Source: Mytilus edulis
Taxonomy: Eukaryota
Assembly: GCF_963676685.1 (NCBI RefSeq)
Contig: NC_092347.1
Location: 62,682,001 to 62,746,000 of the forward strand
Reading direction: 5' to 3'
DNA length: 64,000 bases
Positions 1 to 13,600 of this stretch are shown here, piece after piece; positions within the stretch are counted from its first letter, which is position 1, and every line of letters begins with the position of its first letter. The position numbers and the translations under genes were made by a program. Under the pieces are notes generated by a model, which was not told where the DNA came from, searched no databases, and worked only from the letters and a program-made list of their open reading frames with translations.

Positions 1-726
1 CAAAAGAAACATGAACTCGTAAATCCGATTTCTTCCATTGTTTATAATAATATTAAAATTCCAAGTATTTCTTCATTGACTAAGACTGGAATAGCTAGGA
101 CAATTCCTGTGGAATTCCACTTACGCGTCATCAAATTCTTTTCAATTTAATATGTTCCATTCCACAAATAATTAATACCATAAATATGTGTTTCAATCCC
201 TTTTAATAACTATATAACAATGTATAATCAGTACATCCTTTTCGCCACAGAAATTCCCAGAATAATAATGAGTAATATGGGGAAACTCTGATTCAATTTG
301 TCTGTTGTTGTTTAAAATGACATAATTTGTGGTAATAACATTAGCTCTACCAGTTCATTATGACCCCATGTTGGATACCTCTGAAGCTTGTTGTCCTATC
401 CGTAGTGCCTAAACAACATTATTCAAAGGAGACCTGGTGCATTTATATTAAGACTTGAGCTGGACAGTAAATCAAAATTGAGCCTAAAGAATACTTAGTA
501 TGGCAACAAGTTTTCTTCTCTAGCAAAAACATGATAATAAATCTTTCAATCCGAGAACACTGAAGTACAAAATTTCAAAAAGTTAAAACAGGCGAAAGAA
601 CCGATGAATCCAAAAGAAACTAGTTTGCCTCCTTCGTAATGTAAAGTCCAGAAACAGTAAAACTTTGTCTTAATACTACCATAATGCCTTCATTGGTCAT
701 TTTTTGACGGTATATACTAGTAAGTC

Positions 727-858
727 AGATAATGCATATTTGAAGGTTTTTCTTGTCGCAGAACACACCTTTGGGTGTCAGGATCGCCTAACGAAATACC
801 TCCATGACACCCTTCGGTGTGTTCTACGACAAGAAAACCCTTAAAATATGCATTATCT
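727..858. mobile_element. Short fold-back MITE
   Basis: ~54-bp imperfect inverted arms (agataatgcatatt..aatatgcattatct). Confidence 0.7.
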
Positions 859-1380
859 ATAACATGTTGCAAGTTGCTCACTTACTGTAAACTTAAAATT
901 TAGACATGAGTTTGATATATTTCGAAAGTTGTATTTCAATTTAAGTCGGAAACTATAGAAGATACTTAGTATGCTAATACATGTCCTTCTTTAGCTGAAA
1001 CATGCTCCGTGTTGATTACCATGCATGCTTTGACCAATAATGGTTTACTTTTATTAATTGTAACTTTGATGGGGAATTGTCTTATTGGTAACCACATCTT
1101 TTGATATTTACCAATTAATTAATATTTCAATCTGAGAACACTTAGGAACTAAAATTCATACGTGTAAACAAGTTTACGAACCGATGTATCGACAAAGTTC
1201 TTGTTTGCCTCTGCTTCTGTTGGGTGATCCGTCTTTCTATTTCATGTAAAGTCAAGCAACGGTAAAGTTTATCTTACGACTAAAATGTCTTCATTGCATT
1301 AGTCAGGAACAACCATGTTTGGTAGTGGTCAAATAGCTATTGAAAACTGTACAAGCTTATAAAAAACTAATTAAAGTTAA

Positions 1381-3285
1381 TACCGGCGTCACACGTCAGC
1401 GTATAGCACTGGCGTACACCGGGCGTAGTCAAAAACCATGTACGCTGTCAATACGCTTGTAATTTTGGAAGCATTAAATCATATTTGTATCGAATGCACA
1501 ACGAGCTTTTAGCGTGTTTAGGGCGTACGGGAAGCGTACATAAGCGTTAATCGGGCGTTCAAGAAATGTATGTTGGCGTACGTCTGGCGATTATTTAACG
1601 TAGATGAAATGCACACTACGAAGGAAATGCTTCCCTTGACGCGTCCTGATCGTACCTAGGACGGTCATTCGTGCTTTCAGGGTGTCTGTAACGTGTAATT
1701 ATGTGGTGTTTGTACTACTTCTGGATACACATGGTCTTGTGTTCCTGCTTTTTTCATAATAATTCATTTCGATATGCTGCCCAAAGGAAGAAGCAGAGGT
1801 CAATCAGTTATTGGTCGTGGTCTGGGTCGTGGGATGACGAGTACGTCGGGAACAGTAAAGATACTGCGAGAAGAGAATACTTGGGATCAGATTCAAGAAG
1901 TCAGTCTATCAAGTAAAAGCTTTCTAATGCATTGTTAATATTGGTGCATGTTCACGTGAATTCGGTCGACATTTTGTAGAGTCATGGCTAGAAGATATGC
2001 CCTCCTGATTCTCTCCAGGCAATCCATTATAGCAGGTGCCAAACTAAAATCTGCCCAACCTTTTATTTCATTTTATATATGCACTTGTATATGCAAATTC
2101 ACGGACATATGCCACTATAAATGTCAGAGCAAGTTTCGTTGAATGACAGAAGAGGTTTTTAGTACGCCACGGGTGCGTTTTATACGTTCCCTGGGCGCTA
2201 GAACTACGTCAGGTGTATGTAACAAACACACCCCGCATACGTATAAGAAGAAAGTCGAACGATCTTGAGACGTATACATCGTTCCCTAGCTCGACGTGGC
2301 TCAAACTTATCTGTAGCGTTTTTAAAAGCCCTTGTAACGAATGTGTTAAGTCCGTGTAGCGAACAGGTAAACGCTTGGCAAACGCTAGAGCTGGATTCAT
2401 AGCGTTCACCAAGCGTATATCTTTGCATTTCGACGTTCTTCAAACTTATACAACGCGTGCCTAACGATTGATTAGCGTTTCTCTTGTGTGTACTTAACGT
2501 ATACGGATACTGTTGTCAGGTCATTAAAGATTGCATATTTTGGCGTTAATATTGATTCACTTATAGGGCTTTTGCATCGTAACTTAACACATTTATTTAA
2601 AAACCAGTTGTTGGCATGACACGGGTTTTGTTCTTCTCATATATGTTATGATGGTGTGATACTAAACCACTAACGGGAAGGAATGTGCCTGATATTCATA
2701 TGATGAATACATAATCTTTCAATCAGTTTAATTGAAGTCTTGAGCTGGCATGTCAGTTAACTGCTAGTAGTCTGTTGGTATTTATGTATTATTGTAATTT
2801 TGTTTATTTTCTTTGGTTACAACTTCTGACATCAGACTCGGACTTCTCTTGAACTGCATTTTAATGTGCGTATTGTTATGCGTTTACTTTTCTGCATTGG
2901 CTAGAGGTATAGGGGAAGGGTTGAGATCTCATAAACATGTTTAACCCCGTCGCATTTTTGCACCTGTCCCAAGTCAGGAGCCTCTGGCCTTTGCTAGTCT
3001 TGTATTATTTTAAATTTTAGTTTCTTGTGTACAATTTGGAGTTTAGTATGGCGTTCATTATCCCTGAACTGGTATATATATTTGTTATGGGGCCAGCTGA
3101 AGGACGCCTACGGGTGCGGGAATTTCTCGCTGCATTGAAGACCTGTTGGTGACCTTCTGCTGTGGTCTGCTCTATAGTCGGGTTGTTGTCTCCTTGACAC
3201 ATTCCCCATTTCCATTCAATTTTAAGTCAATTTTCTATGTACGTCTGGTGTACGTCGGTCTATACGCCAATATGTGACGCCGGCA
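1381..3285. mobile_element. PIF/Harbinger-like non-autonomous DNA transposon with a nested insertion
   Basis: TIRs T(A/G)CCGGCGTCACA, TAA TSD at 1378-1380 and 3286-3288, and TACG-rich subterminal regions. No intact transposase seen. Confidence 0.75.
2511..3223 (+). repeat. Abundant interspersed repeat (other copies ~5147-5519, 11864-12212 inverted, 43817-43936, 44520-44620)
   Basis: Shared sequence ..cctgtcccaagtcaggagcctctggcc..gacacattccccatttccattc.. across copies. Confidence 0.8.
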
Positions 3286-4536
3286 TAAAGGATTATAGTT
3301 ATGTACGCCAGAAGCGCGTTTCTTTTAAAGTCAAAACTGATAAAAGGTCAAATAAAGAAGGCAGTTTACCTTTCATTTGAATCAGAGGTGTCAAGCAATA
3401 AACGCACCCAAATTCATCAAACAATTTTACACATAAAGAATGCAGCTGAAAAAAATTAACAGTCGACAAAGCTTCTGTCAATCTGGGAATGGTATACAAA
3501 TATAATATATTATGTCCAAGTTCTCAGATATTATAAATTACGTTTACAACATGACTGAAAACTAAAACAAACGGAAATTTAACAGATTCATCTATTGCCG
3601 AGATTTCTTAATTGGAAGGAGAAAATCTAACATGTCGATAACGAACTGACAATTCAAAGGCCAAAAATGAAACTAGCACCAATCAAGACGCGGTAAGGAT
3701 GGAATCAAAAAAGTATTTGTCATATACTAAGAAATGGACATGGGTAAAAATGTCAATTTTTAACTAGGGCAAGATAAGTTCCGATATCACCAGTACTACA
3801 AACAATTTTAATTATCAGGTGTTTTTCTTAATTCTTCTGTATAATATATAGAATACATCGATTAGCTGACACCCGCTGATCAAAAGAAAACATGAAATTG
3901 CAAATATGATTTCTTTCATCATTTATAATCGTATTAAAATTGCCAGTATTGCTTTATTGTCTCAGACTGGAATTGCTTGGACAACATCAGGGAATTCCAC
4001 GTCTGTGTCATCAGAATCATAGGAATTCTAGTATGTTGGTTTTACCAAATCGTTATTACCATGAATTCTATTCATAATTATATAATCAGCACACCCCTTT
4101 TCGTCACAGAAATTCATATTTACTTATTTGGAAAAAAACTGAGAGAAATGCTGTTAAAAACAACCAAAACACGAAAAAGCAGCCATCAAAACACAATATA
4201 GAAAACTAACGACAAAGCAACAGTAACCTGTGTAAATTAACAAATCAAAGCATCTTGCGTAATAACACTTAGGGTAATCAAAATTCAAAAACGAAAGGGA
4301 AGGGTACCATTGTCCTTAATGACATTTATTAAGACATGTTGATCAATGTGTAAACTCCGCCAACTTTGCCGGAGGGAGTTGGAACCTTATTTTGTATGTT
4401 GTTTATAATTTGATCAGCAACAAATTTCATGGCGAAAGTATTGAATCAATAATGTCAGGGGTTATCAAAAACCCGACTATTGCGCATATAATACCCTAGG
4501 AGGGTAACAGTCTATTATCAGCGGTAGCGACTATTG

Positions 4537-4703
4537 CAAATTGGGAGATTTATACCCGTATGCAGGTGCAGCTGGAAAGTTCACAATTGGAAAGCTGAAA
4601 TCATCTCTTTTGTTGTAAAGTTTTGTTTTCAACCGACCCTCATTGTCAATTTCTAGATGCAAGTCAAGATGTGAGGCCGACTTAACTGCATCTGTTGTAT
4701 CCT
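4537..4703 (-). mobile_element. Penelope-like element reverse transcriptase fragment
   Basis: Translates SASHLDLHLEIDNEGRLKTKLYNKRDDFSFPIVNFP..APAYG, matching the Penelope-like RT C-terminal motif with an internal deletion. Confidence 0.75.
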
Positions 4704-5732
4704 GTTGAATTTGCATGCACTATGTTAAGCAGCCAACAATTTTTTCGTGTTTTTTTCTAAAATTACAGAAATTGGTTAGTCGACAAAGTATGTCCAGTCA
4801 TGGCTGATTTTGGCCTCAAACTTCAGGTTCATCTGGTGAAAGATTTTGGACACTTTTTGGAAATCCTATGATGAACTTCAAAAGTAGGGAGACTGTTGCG
4901 CTGATAGAAGCGTGTCTTGTGAATTCTAACTATGTCAAAATGTCACATTCAGGTAAAACGCAATTGGTAAAATTACCGATCCAAAGACTATACTGGTATC
5001 TTTAAAAGATCTAGACCACACAAAGTTGTCGTTAGTGAGTTGAGTCAAGTGTCGTATCGGTCAACCAATTCGAATTTCAATTAAATACAAGGTACTCAGT
5101 ATTTCCTGTTTACTTCATGCAGCAAACAAAGTATGATGTAAACATTGAACTGAATTTTAATGTGCGTATTGTTATGCGTTTACTTTTCTACATTGGCTAG
5201 AGGTTTAGGGGGAGGGTTGAGATCTCACAAACATGTTTAACCCCGCCGCATTTTTGCGCCTGTCCCAAGTCAGGAGCCTCTGGCCATTGTTAGTCTTGTA
5301 TTATTTTAATTTTAGTTTCTTGTGTACAATTTGGAAATTAGTATGGCGTTCATTATCACTGAACTAGTATATATTTGTTTAGGGGCCAGTTGAAGGACGC
5401 ATCCGGGTGCGGGAATTTCTCGCTACATTTAAGACCTGTTGGTGACCTTCTGCTGTTGTTTTTTTCTATGGTCGGGTTGTTGTCTCTTTGGCACATTCCC
5501 CATTTCCATTCTCAATTTCATTATCTTTTTGTACAATCTATTCCACATTCAAAAAACGGTATTTGGTTTTTAACTTTTGGAGTTGTGGAAGATAACCACT
5601 TACTTATAGTTAGAAGTATTGCCATTAGGATATAAATTGTAAACAATAGTGTACACGTGTAAATGTCTCGTCAGGTTCATTGACCATGATTGATTTAATT
5701 GGTTATCAAAGATACCAGGATTATAATTTGGT

Positions 5733-5774
5733 ACATCAGACGCGCGTTTCGTTTACATAAGACTCATCAATGAC
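5733..5774 (-). ncRNA. Degenerate hammerhead ribozyme
   Basis: UUGAUGA (C to U in the core), GUC..AAC mismatch in stem II, then GAAACGCGCGUC. Confidence 0.55.
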
Positions 5775-7683
5775 TTTATGTTGTTGGTCTTAAAAAGCAA
5801 GGTTTGAATACAAGTATCACATCACTTTTTATTCACAATTATTGATATTAATGATGGTCATAAACAAACTAATGTTCAAGGTAGGATAAATACCCTGATT
5901 TACAGACAAATTCAACTTACAATCCTTCCAAAAATCAAATACAATTGACCTTTTGTCCATAGTATCAAAGAAATAAACCAAACAGTGAAAACTTAATATT
6001 AATCAATGAACAATTAAAATCAGGTCAAGGTCAAATAAAACATCCAATACAGACATGCACATAAAAAGCATTCCATGCATCAAATATTGTTGACCTATTG
6101 ATTATAGTAATTGATAAAGTGACGATACAAAAAAACAATAACATTGGCCAATGAACCATGAAAATCAGGTCAAGAACAGATGATACATAGCAGACAGACA
6201 TGTTCACCTTACAATCATACAATACACCAAATAGAGTTACCATATTGTTTATAGTATGAGAAAAACTGAACAAAACATGAAATCATTGACCAATGAAACT
6301 TGAAAATGAAGTCAAGATTAGATGAAACCTGCCCAACTGTCTTATACCCCTTAATATCATTCCATACACCACAATTACTTAAGCTTCTGCTTTAATCGCC
6401 TAGGAAACACACCTTATCACATAACTTTAACCATGATCACTGGTCCACTATATAAGATCGATGTCGAATTAACGATGTCTGACGGACATGTTGACATTGT
6501 AAGGAACCTACATACCAAATATAGAAGATAAGGCTTTGGAATGAATTTAATAGTATTCTGTTCATGTGTGTTCCTAGATCTTTAAAAAGTATTTGACAAA
6601 ATTATCCAATTGAGCACCTGATCATCACCTTTTTTGGAAGACCAACTAATTTAGTTTAAACATATTGATTTTAGTGGATTGGGAAACAATTTATTGCAAC
6701 TTATATTAATCCTTTTTCCACTTTCCAGGTGCAAATGCTGCCTTTTAGCAGCATTAGCCTGCTCTTTTTCGAAATCTACAAGGGTGTATTTTATGTGCAA
6801 GATATACGACTCTCTCTTAACACTGGTCACCCATTAAAAACATTCACATTAATGCTATATTTATATACTGCATATATACACATTTGGTTTGCTGTCTCAT
6901 CGATGTTAATCCCACATCTCCTTTTATAAGTATAAGACATTGTTAAAGTTTCTGAATTTATAGAACTTCATTATCATTTTACATCAATGCCTTAAAATAA
7001 CTGTTAATACATGTAGAAGACAAACCATTTTTTTATACTTTCATGAATGTCTAAATAAAAACCAAAATCTCCACGCATGAAATATATATTTTTTGATTAG
7101 AATATCCATAATATCAACAACAAAATAAGATTAGAATTAGAATTTTAACATAACATACAATAGTATATTTTCAAGGGGAACATTCTAATTTAACCTTTTT
7201 AAAAATGTCTATCAAAAAATAATTACACAAAGTTTTCATATAAAAAAAAATTATCTTTGGGTATGGTTTTAATCAGAACAATAATATTTATCTAAATTAT
7301 TGATGTTTTCATTAATTTTAACATAATGTTTCCATGTCTCATTATCAAAACAAATTTATCTTATCAGCTACTAAACTAAAAAGAAAAAAGAAAAAAAATA
7401 TTTAAATTGTGTGTATGTTTTACAGTATAGATCATTAAAATATTGCAAATTATATTAATTATTTCTATATAATTCAATAAGGTTCAATATTGTCATTGCT
7501 GTCACATAATCTTGTAGAAAGTTATTTTCTAATTTCAACCATGTATCCCAGCTGAACATGATAAAACAGAAGCATCAGGTCCATGTTTGATTATCCTCAT
7601 CTTTCTGTGTATGTGCACTCATAACAATAAAGATATCTATCCAATATTAACTTCCCAAATCTACCAAATTGTTGCACAACCAT

Positions 7684-10600
7684 TCACTTTTTAGCACATT
7701 CTATCATGACCTTGATTCCTTCTCCCTTGAAGGTCGTTTCAAATGCTTTGAGGGTATCTTCCAGTTTAAATCTATGTGTGATCAATGGTTTTACATCCAC
7801 CTTACCAGAGGCAACCATAGCCAAGGCAGTTGGATAACTGAAAAATATAATACTACATGTACTTTCAATAAAATGACATTTTTATTTTAACATCACAATG
7901 ACTAAAATAAAGCTATTAAGATGACCTTTGATGTTTTGATTATTATAAGGTATTTAAAGGTATCAGTTATTCTATTTTTGAATTTCAATAAAATGACATT
8001 TTTATTTTAACATCACAATGACTAAAATAAAGCTATTAAGATGACCTTTGATATTTATAAGGTATTTAAAGGTTTCAGTTATTTTATTTTTGAATTTTTT
8101 CTTACCAATTGGCATTACAACTTAAGGGGGTAGACCTTGGTTCAGGGAGATCAACTCTTTAAATCAGTTAAGCGTTTGTAAAAGTCAAGTTCATCAATGT
8201 TTTTTAAGCATTTACCTGAAACAGATTGAAAATAATCTATGTAACCTAGAAGCTTAGAATATGTTTTTGAAAATGGTTGACACAAACGTACTGATGATTT
8301 TAAGAGTTATTTCCCTTAACCTAGGTCTACCTCCTTAAAATTCTTACATTTAGTGCAAAACAGCAAAATCTGCCAAATAGCATCATTCACAGATAGTTAG
8401 TCTTTCAGTGTGAGGCAACAGCTTTACCCAAAGAGATGTTTTGACACAATATGTTTTTTACAAAGATATCAATGTGTGTAACATATCTGTTTGGATAAGC
8501 TTGCTTGAAAAACTTACTATTATACAATTTCAGGAACCACCAGCTCTTATCATACTTTCTCGTTTCCCTACTTCAATTCATTAATTTAGTATTATTATAC
8601 AATTCAAACTGTCATGAGTCCTTTTTTCTTTTTACTTCTTACTAGGAATTCATAATTATTCATGGGGTACCAAATTTTTACAGATTTCTTTGGTAAACAT
8701 GAACCTCAAATTCAAATTCAACAAAATATCAATATTCTATAGGCTTTAAAGCAAATCAATGATAACCAAATATATTTCCACCAATACACATTTTCCTTAG
8801 TTTATGAAAATTGGTATCAGTGTAATAAAATGAATCCACAATATTTCCTATCAAACAGTATTACAATCCATACCAGTTAGCATATCTGAATATTCCCCTG
8901 ATATCCACTTCTCTGACTGAGGCATTTACTATTGGGAGTGTGATTTCTGCCTGTCCTAAACCAACTAATACCACACATCCACCTGATTTGGTTGCCTACA
9001 AAAGAAAATTCTGCAGGGTCTAATAATGTATGAGTATGATAGAGCAATGAAATGTTTGTTTGCAAGCAAACAGTTTTCTTTCTACAGTTGAAAGACTTTT
9101 TCAATACCCATACATGATAAATAAAAAGTGAGAAGTCTGTTACTAAGAAGGTTATATGTGTGGTATCTTTCTCTCTAGCTACAGAAAGTTTAAAAATAAT
9201 ACGTCAAATTTTAAGAATATGATTTGAAGACACTCATCTCATATGTATATATTTTTATAATTTTTTATCCAATGCCAAATTCATTAAATGTTCAAATCTT
9301 GATTTCACCTGGAAACAAATGCATTGTCATTTTTTTAAATGCCATATCTGAGCTAAGGGAGATAAACCTGTTTAAATTAAGAGCATCTGGGTGAAATTTT
9401 GTGTTATTCTGCAGTATTTTTCTTAATCAAGTATGGACACTATATTCAAGCCTGATACAGTTCTGAATTTAAGTTTTGGTCAAATATTTGACACATTATA
9501 GGTTTATGTCGCAGAATGAATGTGCATGGCCAAAGAACTGACAAATTTGAAATTTGAAATTTGACTTTTACATATAACAGTCCACTATCCAAAATCTAAA
9601 TTGGATTTAATAAGATTTATTTATCAATGGACAATATAAGCTAGGAATTGTTCTAAAAGTGACATAAAAAGATAAAATAATGTGTTTTTAGTGTGAATTA
9701 GTATGGATCCTTCTGGTACAATTTTCATTTAAATCCATACACTACCGGTAATACTCAAGTTATTGTCCAGAAACAAGAAAAATGTTACTTTTGTCCCAAA
9801 ATTCTTATTAAAATGGTTAGGGCCATCACAACCCTCCATTTTTTGTATGGAACTGTTTGTTTGCACAATTTCAAAGAGATCCATACACTTATACTAAAGG
9901 TGTCATCTGAATACCTAATGTCTTTGAATAACGACAACCATTTCACAGCAGCAAATTTGTTGCCGTCATATAAAAAAGAAGGTGGTGTTTAAATGATTAA
10001 AATAGAGTGTTAGACATTATGCAAGTCATTTGTACAACATGCTACAGCTGAGCAAAATATAACCCACCCACCAAAAAAAAAAAAACACATTTAAGATTTA
10101 TAGCTTATAATTTGGTCACTAGACACACATTTTGTCTACAAAAGACTCATCAGGGATGCTTGAATCAAAATAGTAAGAATAGGTATTTAATGAATATGAC
10201 CATATCAATGATATTTCATGTTAACACATAATTGTGCTGACTACTGGGCTCATGGAACTTTCAGGAAAGCACACAATATTTATGTTAAAATAACAACCCA
10301 CACTTCCATTTTCCTTCCATCATCAATAAAAATGTAGAACTTAGTATTTATCAGTGATGAGTATTATGACTAGTGATTTAAGTCTTACAAATTGACTAGG
10401 ATTAAACTTACATAAATGGCAGTTTGAATACTAGGAGTAGCACCACTACATTCGATAGTAATCTCTGGCTGTACACCCATTAGATCTTCAATTTTCTGTG
10501 CCATCTCTTTTGGGTCTTTACTGGTAACTTTTAATGTGTATGTGGCTCCCATTGACTTGGCCATATCTAATCTTGACTGATCAATATCTATATATAAATT

Positions 10601-13600
10601 TTGAAATAAGTCGTGTGTTATATTCATACTACATTACTTCTACACACAAATTAGTTTTTAGTTTTTAGCAATATATATATACAAATTGAAGACATTTGAT
10701 GTATTTTTGAGGTTTTAAAGTTTATCTAATTAGCTTCAATAATCCATGTTTTTTCCCATTTATCTTTGACAGTGTTTTTGACTACAGTGTTCATTCATGT
10801 ATTTTGTTCCTTTTTTCATTGACTTTTCAAGAAGGTAAAAACAATAAATTTCTGTTTTTTGGTTAAAGTGATGCCAAAAATTCAACTTGATCTGTGTTTT
10901 GTGGTTATAAGCATTGTGTACAAGTTTCTTAACATTTGGTTGAGGCAAACTTAAATTAGAAAACAGAAATTGCAATTATTTTATTTATAAAATGGCATTA
11001 CTCTGGAACGGTTAAAATAATGCCACCAAAATTCAAAAGTGATCTGTGTTTTCTGGTTATAAGCATTGTGTATAAGTTTCATAACATTTGGTCGAGACAA
11101 ACAAGTTCGTGAAAGGAAACCAATTTTGGGAAGTAACAACATAACTATGGTGGGGGCCTAAAAATTACGTATTTTTTATACATCGAGAAAACAGTAGATA
11201 TAAACTTTTCATTTTCTATACCTGTAATACATACAACTGCTGCTCCATTGGCCCTGGCTGTTAATACATTGACTAGACCAATAGGACCTACAATATAAAT
11301 GGTAACAACTATGTAAATGTCTGTTCTATTCATTCCTTGTAAAAAGTTGACAAATTACGACTGAAGGTGCAAAGCAAAATAATATATGGGCTTTGCTCAA
11401 TGTTGAAGGCCGTACGGTGACCTATAGTTGTTAATGTCTGTGTCATTTTGGTCTTTTGTGGATAGTTGTCTCCTTGGCAATCATACCACATCTTCTTTTT
11501 TATATGTAGCAATGAAACTACTAATGCCTATTAAACTGAATACCAAATATGATTTACTTATCATACTGGTGAATGATTACCTTCAAATTAACTTAAACAC
11601 AAACTTTAACTTGTAAACTATGCAAGCTATCTGATATATAGGTGATTTGTGTACATACTGATTAATTATAGTTAATAATAAATCATATACATAGCATTCA
11701 TTCATATGAGAATTTTGTCATAGCTTATTGTATTTGGTTCATTAGAAATTTTTGCATTGATGGCAGATTTTTTAATCACTTTTAAACAAAGATAACTAAT
11801 TATGAGGTAACTGTCTTTTGTTTAAATTTTGCACCTTTTATTGATCTGAATGATATCATCATATAAAATTGAGAATGGAAATGGGAAATGTGTCAAAGAG
11901 ACAACAACCCGACCATAGAGCAGACAATAGCCCAAGGCCACCAATGGTTCTTCAATGCAGCAAGAAACTCCCGCACCCAGAGGTGTCCTTCAGCTAATCC
12001 TTGAACAAATATGTATACTAGTTCAGTGATAATGGACGTCATACTAAACTCCCAATTATACACAAGAAACTTAAAGTTAAAATCATACAAGACAAAAAAA
12101 GGCCAGAGGCTCCTGACTTGGGATAGGCTCAAGACTTTGTGGGGTTAAACATGTCTTTTGATATCTCAACCCTCCCCTATACCTCTAGCCAAGGTAGAAA
12201 AAACAACCGCACAATATCTACCCTTAAAACATAGAAATAAAATCTTTAAATTAAAGTAAAATGTATAACAATAGATATGTACATACCAGCTCCACAAATA
12301 AGAACCTTGCTGCCTAAGGTAACACCTGCCCTGTTACATGCATGAACTCCTACTGACAATGGCTCCAACAAAGCTCCTTCTTCTGTACTCATATTATCTG
12401 GTAATCTATTTAAACATTAACTAATATTATTATACCATACTTTTCTATACATTTCAGTACAAAGGTCTTCACATCCTCCTTTTTCCCTCTTTCATTCAAA
12501 TCAGTAGCACTATACTGGTAGATAATATCAGAATGCAAGAGGTTTTAATCAAATTTGTTTTATATATTTCCAAAATTCTTATTCTGATATTTACCCCAGA
12601 TTGAAACAGTTAATCAAATTTATGAAAAGTATGAAGGATCAATGATAAAATTGCTGTTTATAATTTGAGTATAATGCAACCTACAACTTACTTAAAACAG
12701 AAATCTGCAGCATGGACATAATATCTGGCTAAGTTACCATGAATGGGAGGAGTAGCACAAAACTTCATGTCTGGACAAAGGTTATATCGGCCATGTTTAC
12801 AATGTGAACATAAACGACATGGCACTCCTGGCTCTATGGCTACTCTGTCTCCTGAAAAAGACAAGAAATAATTGATTTAGCACACTGGTAAATATTTTGA
12901 TAGTATGAAAACTTTAAATTGGAAGAAAGTATTTTATCAAATATCATGAAACAAGCATTTTGAAATTGCTCCTTTTTGTTTGAATCAACCTGTTTGTTAG
13001 CTTAAAGCTTCAGCTGTGTAGTACAAATTGTACTTATGTAAGCTACACGACAGGTGCCACATGTGTAGCAGGATCTGCTTACCCTTAAGAAGCACCTGAA
13101 ATCGCCCCTATTTTTTTGGTGGGTTCAAGTTGCTTAATTTTTTGTTTTCTATGTTGTGTTTTGTAGACTGTTTTGTTTGTTTGTTTGTCTTTTTATCTTT
13201 TGTAGCCATGACATTGTCAGTTTATTTTCGATGCATAGGTTTAAAAGTTCCTTAGGTATCTTTTGCCTCTCTTTGTATTTGATCCGGGGACACAGTTATC
13301 ATCCTTTCTTTTTCAATGTCTAAAAATAAAGTCCCTAGTGTGGACTGTGTATAACTTGCAAATTTTTATCATACACCTTCCAAATTTATATTTCTTAATG
13401 TTTTATGCATTAAATAGTAAGAAGGGTGATGAAATACAGGTACAAATAAATTGGGGCATAGAATTTTAGGTTATGTAGTGACTTAGTCCAGTTTGCAAAG
13501 TTAAAAAATTAGTATGACTGAATAATAAACACTCTAACATGATATTGTCCATATTTTGATATAGAGCTGATAGACTTTTTAATAATGTTGATATAATATG

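Noticed and set aside
1701-2443. ORFs inside the Harbinger-like element as transposase or Myb-like genes
   Set aside because: Short, with no DDE or Myb/SANT motif recognisable.
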